NCBI GenBank assembly: GCA_937996235.1
Contig: CALKVK010000012.1
Coordinates: 145,139-209,138 of the forward strand
Source of the DNA: an uncultured bacterium
Lineage (GTDB): Bacteria > Planctomycetota > JAJSAM01 > JAJVHW01
Length of the DNA stretch: 64,000 nt
Direction of reading: 5' to 3'
Shown here: in pieces, positions 46,939-55,987 of the stretch
Layout of the letters: each line of letters opens with the position of its first letter
Numbering within the stretch: position 1 is the first letter of the stretch
Notes under the pieces: generated by a model
The model's input: only the letters and a program-made list of their open reading frames with translations
Told to the model about the DNA's origin: nothing
Databases searched by the model: none
Made by a program: the position numbers and the translations under genes

Positions 46939-49599
46939 TCAGCGCGACCACGTCGCCGCCGCGCCGGACTTCCGGTGCAGCCGGACGACCGTCTCGTACG
47001 CCGACGCGCCCGACGCGAGCGGCACGATTACGCGCACGTCCACGTCGGCCTCGAGGGCGCCCGTCGCCGGCAGGCCGAGGTCCGCCAGCTCCGTGGTGAC
47101 GATGCTCAGGACGCGCGTCTTCGGGTCGTACTTCAGCGACTTCAGCCCGGCCACCGCGGCCGCGCGGCGGTCGTAGGAGAAGCCCGTCGCCCCGCCGCGC
47201 TCGACGCGCACGAGCGCCGCGAGCGGCACGACGAGCGGGTCGGCGTCGCCGAGCACGAGCGACACGTCGCCCGCGGGGAACGCGTCCGCGCCGTCCGCGA
47301 GGACGAGCGGACCCTTCACGCTCACCACGTGCGCGCCGTTCGCGCGCCGCTTCGCCTTCGTCTTGAGGGCCGCGAACACGGCGTCGAGCGAGCGCTGCTT
47401 CGCGAACGCGAACGCCGCGCGCGTCGTGTCGCCCGCACGCGAGGCGTACGCGAACTCCAGGTCCTGGGCGGCCTCGGGGGTCGCGAGGTCGATGCCGTCG
47501 ATGCGCACGCCGAGCGCGAGCGGCAGCGCGCCGGAGGCGGTCTCGTCGGCGAGACCCGTCGCCGCGCGCAGGTCGAGTCCCTTCGCGCGCAGCACGAGCG
47601 CGCCCGTGGACGCGCTGTACGACGCCTTGAACGCCACGCCCTCGGAGGTCGTGCCGCTGCCGATCCCGCGCGCGTTCAGGCCGGAGGTCTCGAGCAACTC
47701 GACGCCGCCCAGCGTGAGCGTGACGTGCGCCCCGAACGCGTCGTCGGCGCCGCGCGGGTTCAGCACGGCGCGCAGCTCGAACGTGTCGGACGACGCGCCG
47801 CGCGCGTGCGCCTTCCAGTCGATCGCGAACGCCGCGCTCGCGACGTAGAGCGCGCCGTCGTCCGACGCGACCGGCACGGGCTCCGGCTCCTCGGGCTCCT
47901 CCGGCTCGGCGAGCACGGCGCCCTCGAGCGTCACCTGCGCGATGCGCGACAGCGCGACGCCGCCCGTTGCCGCGGGATCCGCGACGCGCCACTGGAACCA
48001 GTGCACCTCGCCGAAGCGCGCGGCGTCCGCGGGCACCGGCCAGAGCGCTGTCGCGTGACCGTCGCCCGCGCCCGACCCGCCGAGCGTGAGCGTCGCGACG
48101 ACCTCGTCCTGTGCGACGACACCGCCGCTCGGCGCCGACGACGAGCGCACGAGCTCGGCCGTCGCGCCGGGCAACGCGTTGTCGACGGCGAGCTGGAACA
48201 GCGCGTTCCCGAGCCGCGGCGGCGTCACCGCCACCATGCGCGGCGTCCGTCCGCCGGTCCCGGTGCTGCCCGCGCCCGTGAGGAGCGGGTTCGGCGTCCG
48301 CTCCGAGTGGAGCGTCGGCCGGTCGAACGGGAACGTCTCGGCCGCGACGCGCGGGTCGGTCAGTCCCGTGGTCAGGAACGCGACGATGTCGGCCTGCGCC
48401 TGAGGCGGCACGCGGATCGGCGGGATCAGCGGGTCCTGGTTGTCGGTGAACTGCTGCGTGCCGGGCGCCTGCGCGTAGAAGCGCAGCACGTCCGCGAGCG
48501 ACGTGAACTCGCCCTGGTGCATGAACGTGCGCTTCAGCCCGACGTTGCGCAGCCCCGGCACCTTGAACTTCCCGCGGTCCGCGCTGCTGCCGGTGATCGC
48601 CTGACGACCCGTGTCCTCGGCGACCGGCCGCACGCCGATGTTGCGGAACGTGTCGTCGGTGAAGAGCGGCGGCTCGTGGCAGACGTTGCAGCGGTGCGCG
48701 GGGGCCTGGAACGCGTTCCAGCCGCGGAGCGCGGCGTCCGTGAGCGCGTTCACGTCGCCCGCGCGGAAGCGGTCCCACGGGGTCTGGTCGGCGATGAGCG
48801 TGCGCTCGTACGTCGCGATGGCGAACGCGATGCGCCGCGGCGTGATCGCCGCGTCGCCGAACGCGGCCGCGAACAGCGCCGGATACGAGCCGCGCGCCGC
48901 GATCGCGTCCGCGGCGTCCTGCGGCACGTTCGTGGCGAGCACGAGCGGCACCGCCGTCTCGAGCTTCGTCGTGATCTGCCCCCAGTCGCGCGCCGCGTGC
49001 GCCATCTCGACGGAACTGACGGGCGGCCCGACCACCTGGCTCTCGAGCGCCCCGCCGCTCGCGATGTGCAGCGCGTCCGTGACCGGGTCGCGGAAGGCGC
49101 CCGTCGCGCGCCCGTCCCAGAACAGCAGGTCCGCGTACTGCGCCATGATCGCCGGCGGCGCCGCGCGGCCGGTGACCTGCGGCGTCAGCGCGAACGTCGC
49201 GTCCTTCTCGTACGCGCCCGCCGCGTCCGCGCGCAGCACGCCCGGCGACCCGACGACGTCGTCGGCCGTCCCGAAGGTGCCGTCCGCGCCCGGGTGCGCC
49301 CCGAGCCGCGGGTCCGTGCCGCCGCGCGCCGGCACGTGGCAGGTCCCGCACGCGACCGTGTCGTCCGCCGAGAGCTGCTCGTCCCAGAAGAGGATCTTCC
49401 CGAGCACGCGCTTCGACTCGGTGACCGGGTTCTCGACGGGTGCCGTCACCGCCGGCACCTCGGCGAACGCCGCCCCCAGCACGACCAGCGTTCCGCCGAC
49501 CGCCCCGCCGATCCACGCCGCCGCCCGCACCGTCCTCGGCGCTCGCAGCGCCCGCCTCGTCCCGGATTCCGTCGCGCGTCGCATCGTCCGTCCTCGCAT
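46939..49599 (-). CDS. Di-haem cytochrome c peroxidase family protein (CCP/MauG-like) with a long C-terminal extension (~886 aa).
   Basis: Two CxxCH haem motifs (CGTCH, CNVCH). Signal-like N-terminus MRGRTMRRATESGTRRALRAPRTVRAAAWIGGAVGG. The start could equally be 49584. Confidence 0.75.
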   Translation of the reverse strand: MRGRTMRRATESGTRRALRAPRTVRAAAWIGGAVGGTLVVLGAAFAEVPAVTAPVENPVTESKRVLGKILFWDEQLSADDTVACGTCHVPARGGTDPRLGAHPGADGTFGTADDVVGSPGVLRADAAGAYEKDATFALTPQVTGRAAPPAIMAQYADLLFWDGRATGAFRDPVTDALHIASGGALESQVVGPPVSSVEMAHAARDWGQITTKLETAVPLVLATNVPQDAADAIAARGSYPALFAAAFGDAAITPRRIAFAIATYERTLIADQTPWDRFRAGDVNALTDAALRGWNAFQAPAHRCNVCHEPPLFTDDTFRNIGVRPVAEDTGRQAITGSSADRGKFKVPGLRNVGLKRTFMHQGEFTSLADVLRFYAQAPGTQQFTDNQDPLIPPIRVPPQAQADIVAFLTTGLTDPRVAAETFPFDRPTLHSERTPNPLLTGAGSTGTGGRTPRMVAVTPPRLGNALFQLAVDNALPGATAELVRSSSAPSGGVVAQDEVVATLTLGGSGAGDGHATALWPVPADAARFGEVHWFQWRVADPAATGGVALSRIAQVTLEGAVLAEPEEPEEPEPVPVASDDGALYVASAAFAIDWKAHARGASSDTFELRAVLNPRGADDAFGAHVTLTLGGVELLETSGLNARGIGSGTTSEGVAFKASYSASTGALVLRAKGLDLRAATGLADETASGALPLALGVRIDGIDLATPEAAQDLEFAYASRAGDTTRAAFAFAKQRSLDAVFAALKTKAKRRANGAHVVSVKGPLVLADGADAFPAGDVSLVLGDADPLVVPLAALVRVERGGATGFSYDRRAAAVAGLKSLKYDPKTRVLSIVTTELADLGLPATGALEADVDVRVIVPLASGASAYETVVRLHRKSGAAATWSR

Positions 49600-49696
49600 C
49601 GGCCACAACGGCCGCCGAGCCGAACGTAGGACGCGCTCCTTGCGGACTCCTGAAGGCGCCCCCCTCGGACGGCGACGGACGGTGTCTGACACCGTT

Positions 49697-49770
49697 CGTC
49701 GGACACCGGACACCGTTCGTCGGACACCGTTCGTCGGCGTTCGTCGGACACCGTTCGTCGCGGAATCGGC
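49697..49770. repeat. REP-family half-site array. About four tandem direct copies of GACACCGTTCGTCG plus one palindromic copy, in the divergent CCP/Crp intergenic region.
   Basis: CGGTGTCTGACACCGTTCGTCGGACACCGGACACCGTTCGTCGGACACCGTTCGTCGGCGTTCGTCGGACACCGTTCGTCG was read directly. Confidence 0.75.
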
Positions 49771-49840
49771 CCCCGTCGCGCGCGGCGGCCCCTTGTCGCG
49801 CACCGAGACGGCAGTCACAATCCACGCTGAAGGAGCCTCG

Positions 49841-50716
49841 ATGGGACTGCTGCTCGACACACTCCGCAGCGTGGAGTTCCTGGCGGGACTCGGCGACGAG
49901 ACCCTGACGCGGTTCATGGTCCTCGGGCGCTCGCTCGAGCACCCGCGCGGCCACCTGTTCTGGCGCGCCGGCGACGCCGCGAGCGGCGTCGTCGTACCCG
50001 TCACGGGCACGGTCAAGTGCTCGAAGCACGGCGCCGACGGACGCGAGTTCATCGAGTCGTTCCGTGGGCCGGGCGAGTGCGTCGGGCTCGACGCCGCGGT
50101 GGACGGCCTCCCGCAGGTGGCGGACGCCGTGGTCGTGCGCGCCGGCGAGTTCTACCGGATCGGCGCCGAGGCCTTCCGCGGCTTCGTGCGCGAGAACCCC
50201 CAGGTCTATGCGGTCGCGGTGCGGCAGATCGGCCGCCAGTTGCGCCGCGCGACGCAGGAGCGCGAGGACATCACGCTGCGCCCGGTCGTGGAGCGCATGG
50301 CCCAGTTCCTGCTCGAGCACGCCTGCCTGCGCCAGCGCGACGGCGCGAAGGTGCTGGTGGAGGCGACCCAGGCCGACATGGCCGCACGCCTCGGGACCGT
50401 GCGCGAGGTGGTGGCGCGGACGCTCGCCGACCTCACGGAGCGCGGGCTCGTGGCGCGCACGGAGCACGGCATCTTCATCGAGGACTGGGACGGGCTCCAC
50501 GCCGTCGCCGGGGTCACGCCGGAGGAGGTGCGCCACCGCGCGACGATGCTCGGCTCCGCGCCGGGCCCGCGCTCGGCGCGCTACTTCCTTCCCATCGCGG
50601 ACGAGCGCGGCGCCGCCGCCGGTTCGGACGGCTGCGCGGAACACCTCGGCGACCTGAGCGCATGCCGCAGCGCGGGCTGCCCCGGCGCCGGTCCGCGCGA
50701 TCCCCGCCGCCGCTGA
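49841..50716 (+). CDS. Crp/Fnr-family transcriptional regulator (cNMP-binding domain + C-terminal HTH).
   Basis: AAGGAG RBS 6 bp upstream of ATG at 49841. The cNMP-like domain is followed by TQADMAARLGTVREVVARTLADL (HTH). Confidence 0.85.
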   Translation: MGLLLDTLRSVEFLAGLGDETLTRFMVLGRSLEHPRGHLFWRAGDAASGVVVPVTGTVKCSKHGADGREFIESFRGPGECVGLDAAVDGLPQVADAVVVRAGEFYRIGAEAFRGFVRENPQVYAVAVRQIGRQLRRATQEREDITLRPVVERMAQFLLEHACLRQRDGAKVLVEATQADMAARLGTVREVVARTLADLTERGLVARTEHGIFIEDWDGLHAVAGVTPEEVRHRATMLGSAPGPRSARYFLPIADERGAAAGSDGCAEHLGDLSACRSAGCPGAGPRDPRRR

Positions 50717-50747
50717 CGCCCCGCGCCTGCCGGGGACGGCGACCCGC

Positions 50748-51440
50748 GTGGCTCCACGCTACGATGCGACCGTGACGCCGCCCGACGCGCCCGACGCCCC
50801 GGCCGCCCCGGCCGCCCCGGCCGCGCCGCGCGCCGTGCTGCTCGCGCACGCGCTGCGGCTCGAGTACGCGACCGTCGGGTGGAACGTCGTCGAGGCCGTC
50901 GTGGCGCTCTCCGCCGCGGAGGCGGCGGGCAGCGTCGCGCTGCTCGGCTTCGGCGCCGACAGCGTCATCGAGAGCCTCTCGGGGGCCGTCCTCGTCTGGC
51001 GCCTGCGCGCGGAGCGGGTCGGGGACGACGCGGAGCGGATCGAGCGGCTCGACCGGCGCGCGCACCGCCTGGTCGGCGTGTCGCTCTTCGCGCTGGCGGC
51101 GTACGTCGGAGTCGCGGCGGCGCACGCGCTCTGGACGCAGCGCGCCCCCGAGGCCTCGCCGCTCGGGATCGCCGTCACCGCGGTCTCCGCCGCCGCGATG
51201 CTCGTCCTCGCGCGCGCCAAGCGCCGCGCGGCGGCGGCGCTCGCGAGCCGTGCACTCGAGGCGGACTCGTTCCAGACCACGGCGTGCTGGTGGCTCTCCG
51301 TCATCACCCTGACGGGGATTGCCGCCAACGCGGCGCTCGGCTGGTGGTGGGCGGACCCCGCGGCCGCGCTCGCGATGACCGCGCTGCTCGCGCGCGAGGG
51401 CGCGGACGCGTGGCGACGTCGGCCCTGCTGCGGCTGCTGA
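50748..51440 (+). CDS. Cation-diffusion-facilitator-like membrane protein (truncated or short CDF-related).
   Basis: TM helices with the CDF-like motif ALLGFGADSVIESLSGAVLVWRL. The N-terminus is low-complexity (PAAPAAPAAP), so the start is uncertain. Confidence 0.6.
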   Translation: MAPRYDATVTPPDAPDAPAAPAAPAAPRAVLLAHALRLEYATVGWNVVEAVVALSAAEAAGSVALLGFGADSVIESLSGAVLVWRLRAERVGDDAERIERLDRRAHRLVGVSLFALAAYVGVAAAHALWTQRAPEASPLGIAVTAVSAAAMLVLARAKRRAAAALASRALEADSFQTTACWWLSVITLTGIAANAALGWWWADPAAALAMTALLAREGADAWRRRPCCGC

Positions 51441-51552
51441 CCGCGCCCGCAGGCGCCGCGACGTGCCGCCGCGCGGGACCCGCGGATCCGGACGCGAGGG
51501 GCGCGCCGCGGAGTTCGCGGCGCGCCCCTCGGAGAGACGGCTCCGCCGGTCG

Positions 51553-53880
51553 TCAGGCGCGGACGCGCCCGCGGCCGGCCGGCAGCTCGGCGCCCGGCGG
51601 GACGAGCCGGTCGAGGTCGAGCGCGTCCGGCTGCGGTCGCCGGTCGAAGCTGTGGCCGGTGAAGAGGCCGGTCACGAACCACGCGAACGAGCCGACGCCC
51701 GCGAGGAAGAGCGTGTCGCCGACGAGCCGCGCCCAGCGCAGCTTCTCGACGAAGCCCTGCTGGAGCAGCTCCGAGCTGCGCGCGTACCAGAGGCCGGTCT
51801 CGATGCTCGCGTAGGCCTGCACGAGGCCGATCGGCAGCAGCGAGAAGGCGATCATGGCGGCGAGCCCGGCGTTCATCAGCCAGAAGCCGCGCGCGAGCCA
51901 GCGCTCGTCCCACGCGTGTTCGGGGCGCAGGCGCCGCAGCACGAGCAGGATCAGCGCCAGCGACAGCAGGCCGTACACGCCGAAGAGCGCCGAGTGGGCG
52001 TGCACCGGCGTCGTGTTCAGGCCCTGCATGTAGTAGAGCGCGATCGGCGGGTTGATGAGGAAGCCGAAGAGGCCCGCGCCGACGAGGTTCCAGAACGCGA
52101 CGCCCCCGAGGAAGCGCAGCGGCCAGCGATAGCGCCGCATCCACGGCGCGCGCTGCTCCATGCGCAGCGTCTCGAGCGCCTCCTTGCCGATCAGGACGAG
52201 CGGCACGACCTCGAGCGCGCTGAAGCTCGCGCCGACGGCCATGATCGAGACCGGCGTGCCGCTGAAGTACAGGTGGTGGAAGGTGCCGGGGATGCCGCCC
52301 AGCAGGAAGATCGCGGTCGCGAAGAGCGAGGCGCGCGCCGCGCTGCGCGGCGTCACGAGCCCGAACTGCGCGAACAGGAAGGCGACCGCCGCCGTGGCGA
52401 AGACCTCGAAGAAGCCCTCGACCCACAGGTGCACGACCCACCAGCGCCAGTACTCCATCACCGAGAGATGGGAGCGCGCGCCGAAGAGCAGCCCCGCGCC
52501 GTAGAACAGGCCGATCGCGACGGTCGAGCCGGTGAAGAGCGTGACGACCGGGCGCATCGAGCTCTTCGCGGTGAGCGCCGGCCAGAGCGCGCGCAGCATC
52601 AGCGTGAGCCAGAGCGCGAGTCCGCCGAACAGCGCGATCTGGAACGCGCGCCCGAGGTCCACGTACTCGTAGCCCTGGTGGCCGAACCAGAACGTCGCGC
52701 CGGCGCCGAGCTTCTGCTGCACCGCCAGCCACTCGCCCGCGAGCGAGCCGACGACGACGAGCACGAGCGCGCCGAACAGCACGTTGACGCCGAGGCGCTG
52801 GAAGCGCGGCTCGCGTCCGCCGATCGCCGGTGCGAGGAAGAGCCCCGCGGATAGGAACGCCGTCGCGATCCAGAAGACGGCGAGCTGCAGGTGCCACGTC
52901 CGCGAGACCGCGTACGGCAGGTACTCCGCGAGCGGGAAGCCGAAGAACGAGTCGCCCTCGACCGTGTAGTGCGCGGTGACTCCGCCGAGCAGGACCTGCA
53001 GCACGAACAGCGCGACGGCCGTCAGACAGAACTTCCCGGCGGCGCGCATCGACGGCGTCGGCGTGAGCGCGTCGAGCGGGTCGTGGCGCGGCGGCGCCGG
53101 GTCGTCCTCCTCGGCGCGCTTCGCGGCGTGGTACCAGACCAACGCGCCGACGCCCGCGAGCAGCACGACGATGCTGATGATCGACCACATCACGTTCGCC
53201 GCGCTCGGCACGTTGCCGACGAGCGGCTCGTGCGGCCAGTTGTTCGTGTACGTCGTCGGCGCGTCGGGGCGCTCGGTCGTGCACGCCCACGCGGTCCAGA
53301 AGAAGAACGCGGCCAGGTCCGCGCGGCGCTCGGGCTCGGGCACGGCGCGGGCGTGGAGCGCGTAGTCCTCGCGCAGCTCCGCGGTGGCGGGGTCGTCGCC
53401 GAAGAGCGACATGGTGTGCGCCGCCACCTCCGCGACGGCCGCGGCGCGCTCGTCGGAGATCGTCAGCGTGCCGGTCGCGGCGTCGTACGTGTTGCGGCGC
53501 AGCTCGCTCCGCAGGCGGTCGCGCAGCACGACCTGGCGCTCGGGCGGCAGCGCGTCGAACGTCGCCGCCCCCTCGGCCCGCGCCCAGACGCCGAGGAGCG
53601 CCGTCGCCTCGCGGTGCAGCCAGTCCGCGGACCAGTCGGGCGCCTGGTAGGCGCCGTGGCCCCAGACGGACCCGACCTGCTGGCCGCCGACGCTCTGCCA
53701 GACCTGCTGGCCGTCGAGGATGCGCTCGCCGGTCGCGATCTCGACGCCCGACGTCGTGACGACGCGCGCCGGGATCGGCGGCGCCTGCCGGTAGACCTCG
53801 CGCCCGAACCAGCCGAGCACGAGGAACGTGCCGAGGAGCACAGCCCCCAGCGCGATCCAGAGTCTGCGTGTGCCGTACAT
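51553..53880 (-). CDS. norB: Quinol-dependent nitric oxide reductase, single large subunit (qNOR; haem-copper oxidase superfamily, 775 aa).
   Basis: ATG at 53880 (MYGTRRLWIALGAVLLGTFLVLGWFG). About 14 TM helices. Conserved histidines (HLWVEGFFEVF, GTFHHLYFSG). Length is typical of qNOR. Confidence 0.9.
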   Translation of the reverse strand: MYGTRRLWIALGAVLLGTFLVLGWFGREVYRQAPPIPARVVTTSGVEIATGERILDGQQVWQSVGGQQVGSVWGHGAYQAPDWSADWLHREATALLGVWARAEGAATFDALPPERQVVLRDRLRSELRRNTYDAATGTLTISDERAAAVAEVAAHTMSLFGDDPATAELREDYALHARAVPEPERRADLAAFFFWTAWACTTERPDAPTTYTNNWPHEPLVGNVPSAANVMWSIISIVVLLAGVGALVWYHAAKRAEEDDPAPPRHDPLDALTPTPSMRAAGKFCLTAVALFVLQVLLGGVTAHYTVEGDSFFGFPLAEYLPYAVSRTWHLQLAVFWIATAFLSAGLFLAPAIGGREPRFQRLGVNVLFGALVLVVVGSLAGEWLAVQQKLGAGATFWFGHQGYEYVDLGRAFQIALFGGLALWLTLMLRALWPALTAKSSMRPVVTLFTGSTVAIGLFYGAGLLFGARSHLSVMEYWRWWVVHLWVEGFFEVFATAAVAFLFAQFGLVTPRSAARASLFATAIFLLGGIPGTFHHLYFSGTPVSIMAVGASFSALEVVPLVLIGKEALETLRMEQRAPWMRRYRWPLRFLGGVAFWNLVGAGLFGFLINPPIALYYMQGLNTTPVHAHSALFGVYGLLSLALILLVLRRLRPEHAWDERWLARGFWLMNAGLAAMIAFSLLPIGLVQAYASIETGLWYARSSELLQQGFVEKLRWARLVGDTLFLAGVGSFAWFVTGLFTGHSFDRRPQPDALDLDRLVPPGAELPAGRGRVRA

Positions 53881-53950
53881 CGTGAGGCTCCCTCTCGCCG
53901 TGGTCAGCGCGCGGCTGCGCGCGGGACGAGGACGTCGTCCCCACCGCACG

Positions 53951-53967
53951 TTGGCAAGCCACGTGCC
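53951..53967 (-). promoter_or_regulatory. Sigma54 (-24/-12) promoter driving the qNOR gene.
   Basis: Minus-strand reading GGCACGTGGCTTGCC gives GG-N10-GC with TGGCACG-N4-TTGC character. It lies ~70 bp upstream of the norB start and is divergent from norR. Confidence 0.6.
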
Positions 53968-54069
53968 GGGATCGCGCGGCGCGGAAGCGTGCCTGCGGGA
54001 GCCTGCGCGATATGGATTCGACAACGCTGCGCGTTATGATTGCGACATCTTCGTTGTCCGGAGAACAGC

Positions 54070-55659
54070 GTGACGCAGCTCGACGCCTTCCTCTCGGCCG
54101 CCCTCGATCTCACGTCCTCGCTCGCCGCCGAGGACCGCTACCGCCGCCTGCTCGCGGCCGTCCGGACCGCGATCCCCGCCGACGCGGCGTGCCTGCTGCG
54201 GGCCGAGGGCGACGTGCTCGTCCCCCTTGCCGCGCACGGCCTCGCGCCGGACGCGCTCGGGCGCCGCTACCCGCTCGACGCGCACCCGCGGCTCGCCGTC
54301 ATCTGCGGCGCGCGGGAGCCCGTCGTCTTCCCCGCCGACAGCACCCTGCCCGACCCCTTCGACGGCCTCGTGGCGGAGGACCCCGACGCGCTCGAGCACA
54401 TCCACGCGTGCATGGGCTGCCCGCTGCGGGTGGACGGGCGGCTCGTCGGCGTGCTGACCGCCGACTCCCTGAACCCCCACGCGTTCGACGGCCTCGACCT
54501 GCGCGTGCTCTCGGCGCTCGGCGCGCTCGCGGGCGCCGCGATGCGCACGAGCGCCCTGATCGAGGCGCTCGAGGAGTCGTCACGAAGGCTCGGGCTCGTC
54601 GCGCGCGACCTCGTCCGCGACGCGCACGAGCGCGGCGGCGGCCTGATCGGCACGAGCGCGCCGATGCAGCGGGTGCGGCGCGAGATCGAGCTCGTCGCGC
54701 GGACCGACATGCCGGTGCTCGTGACCGGCGAGACGGGGACGGGCAAGGAGCTCGTGGCGCGTGCGGTGCACGCGGCGTCCGAGCGGGCGGAGCGCCCGCT
54801 GATCTACGTCAACTGTGCGGCGCTCCCCGAGTCGGTCGCGGAGAGCGAGCTCTTCGGCCACGTGCGCGGCGCGTTCACGGGCGCGGAGCGCGACCGGCCC
54901 GGCAAGTTCGAGGTCGCCGACGGCGGCACGCTGCTGCTCGACGAGGTCGGCGAGCTGCCGCCCGGCGTCCAGGCGAAGCTGCTGCGTGCGCTGCAGGAGG
55001 GCGAGATCCAGCGCGTGGGCGCCGACCATCCGCTGCACGTGGACGTGCGGATCGTCGCGGCCACCAACCGTGACCTCGACCGCGAGATCGCGGCGGGCCG
55101 GATGCGCGCGGACCTCTACCACCGCCTGGCCGTGTACCCCATCCACGTGCCGCCGCTGCGCGAGCGCGGCGCGGACGTCGCGCTCCTGGCCGGCCACTTC
55201 TGCGACCGCACGCGCGCCCGGCTCGGCCTCGGCCCCGTGCGCCTCGACGCCGCCGCGCGCGCGCGGCTGGGCGGCTACCCCTGGCCCGGGAACGTGCGCG
55301 AGCTCGAGAACGTCGTCTCGCGCGCCGTCCTCCGCGCCGCGGCGGGCCTGGAGCGCGGGACGGCGGTGGTCGTCGCGCCCCACCACCTCGGCCGCGACTT
55401 CGGAGGCGACCCGGACGGTGCCGCGGACGCCGACCGCCCGGGCGCCGCCGCCGACGCGCCCGCGGCCGTCGCCGCCGTCCCCGACGCGTCGCCGCGCGCC
55501 GCACCCGCACCGCTCGCGCAGCGCGTGGACGAGTTCAAGCGCCGCGCCATCCGCGACGCCCTCGCAGCGCACGGCGGCAACTGGGCGGCCGCGGCGCGCT
55601 CCCTCGGCCTGCACCGCAGCAACCTGCACCACCTGGCGCAGCGGCTCGGCCTGCGCTGA
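54070..55659 (+). CDS. norR: NorR-type sigma54-dependent NO-responsive transcriptional activator (GAF + AAA+ sigma54-interaction + Fis-type HTH).
   Basis: GGAGA RBS before GTG at 54070 (TTG at 54040 is the alternative). GAFTGA motif ([10 protein letters not shown]), Walker [10 protein letters not shown]-terminal HTH ([22 protein letters not shown]). Divergent from qNOR. Confidence 0.85.
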   Translation: MTQLDAFLSAALDLTSSLAAEDRYRRLLAAVRTAIPADAACLLRAEGDVLVPLAAHGLAPDALGRRYPLDAHPRLAVICGAREPVVFPADSTLPDPFDGLVAEDPDALEHIHACMGCPLRVDGRLVGVLTADSLNPHAFDGLDLRVLSALGALAGAAMRTSALIEALEESSRRLGLVARDLVRDAHERGGGLIGTSAPMQRVRREIELVARTDMPVLVTGETGTGKELVARAVHAASERAERPLIYVNCAALPESVAESELFGHVRGAFTGAERDRPGKFEVADGGTLLLDEVGELPPGVQAKLLRALQEGEIQRVGADHPLHVDVRIVAATNRDLDREIAAGRMRADLYHRLAVYPIHVPPLRERGADVALLAGHFCDRTRARLGLGPVRLDAAARARLGGYPWPGNVRELENVVSRAVLRAAAGLERGTAVVVAPHHLGRDFGGDPDGAADADRPGAAADAPAAVAAVPDASPRAAPAPLAQRVDEFKRRAIRDALAAHGGNWAAAARSLGLHRSNLHHLAQRLGLR

Positions 55660-55685
55660 GGGCCCCCGGCGCCGCGGACCCGCCC

Positions 55686-55733
55686 GACGAACGGTGTCCG
55701 ACGAACGGTGTCTGACACCGTTCGTAGCGGTTG
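55686..55733. repeat. REP-family palindromic element (one full copy + one half-site).
   Basis: CGACGAACGGTGTCCGACGAACGGTGTCTGACACCGTTCGTAGCGG. Confidence 0.75.
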
Positions 55734-55783
55734 TTGCGCCGACGGAGCTCGCGCATCCTTCTCGGACCGCGAGGTGTACCCGC

Positions 55784-55927
55784 ATGGCCCCTCCCTACTA
55801 CTGGATGCTCGTCGCCTCGACGAAGGCCGCCGGCAAGCGCCTGAACCCGCGCCGCCGCCGCATCGCGCGCGCACACCACGTCTCGTTCTTCGCCTGGCTC
55901 CGCCGCTGGTGGACCTCCCGGCGCTGA
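55784..55927 (+). CDS. Possible small ORF (47 aa) upstream of the antiporter gene.
   Basis: ATG at 55784 gives MAPPYYWMLVASTKAAGKRLNPRRRRIARAHHVSFFAWLRRWWTSRR. No recognisable domain. It lies in a frame that is otherwise antisense junk. Confidence 0.2.
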   Translation: MAPPYYWMLVASTKAAGKRLNPRRRRIARAHHVSFFAWLRRWWTSRR

Positions 55928-55987
55928 CGCGCCGCGGACGCAGGCGGGACCCGGCGCAACGGGCCACGGCAGGGAGGGACCGGACGC

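Noticed and set aside
46871-50644. 1257-aa minus-strand ORF and the 48611..50716 plus ORF N-terminus
   Set aside because: The frames do not carry the CxxCH haem motifs. The real genes are the CCP (46939..49599, other minus frame) and Crp (49841..50716) only.
53968-54069. Specific NorR enhancer-binding sites (GT-N7-AC triplet)
   Set aside because: Several partial matches (for example GTTATGATTGCGAC) but none I could align convincingly to the consensus by eye. Left as a check rather than a feature.
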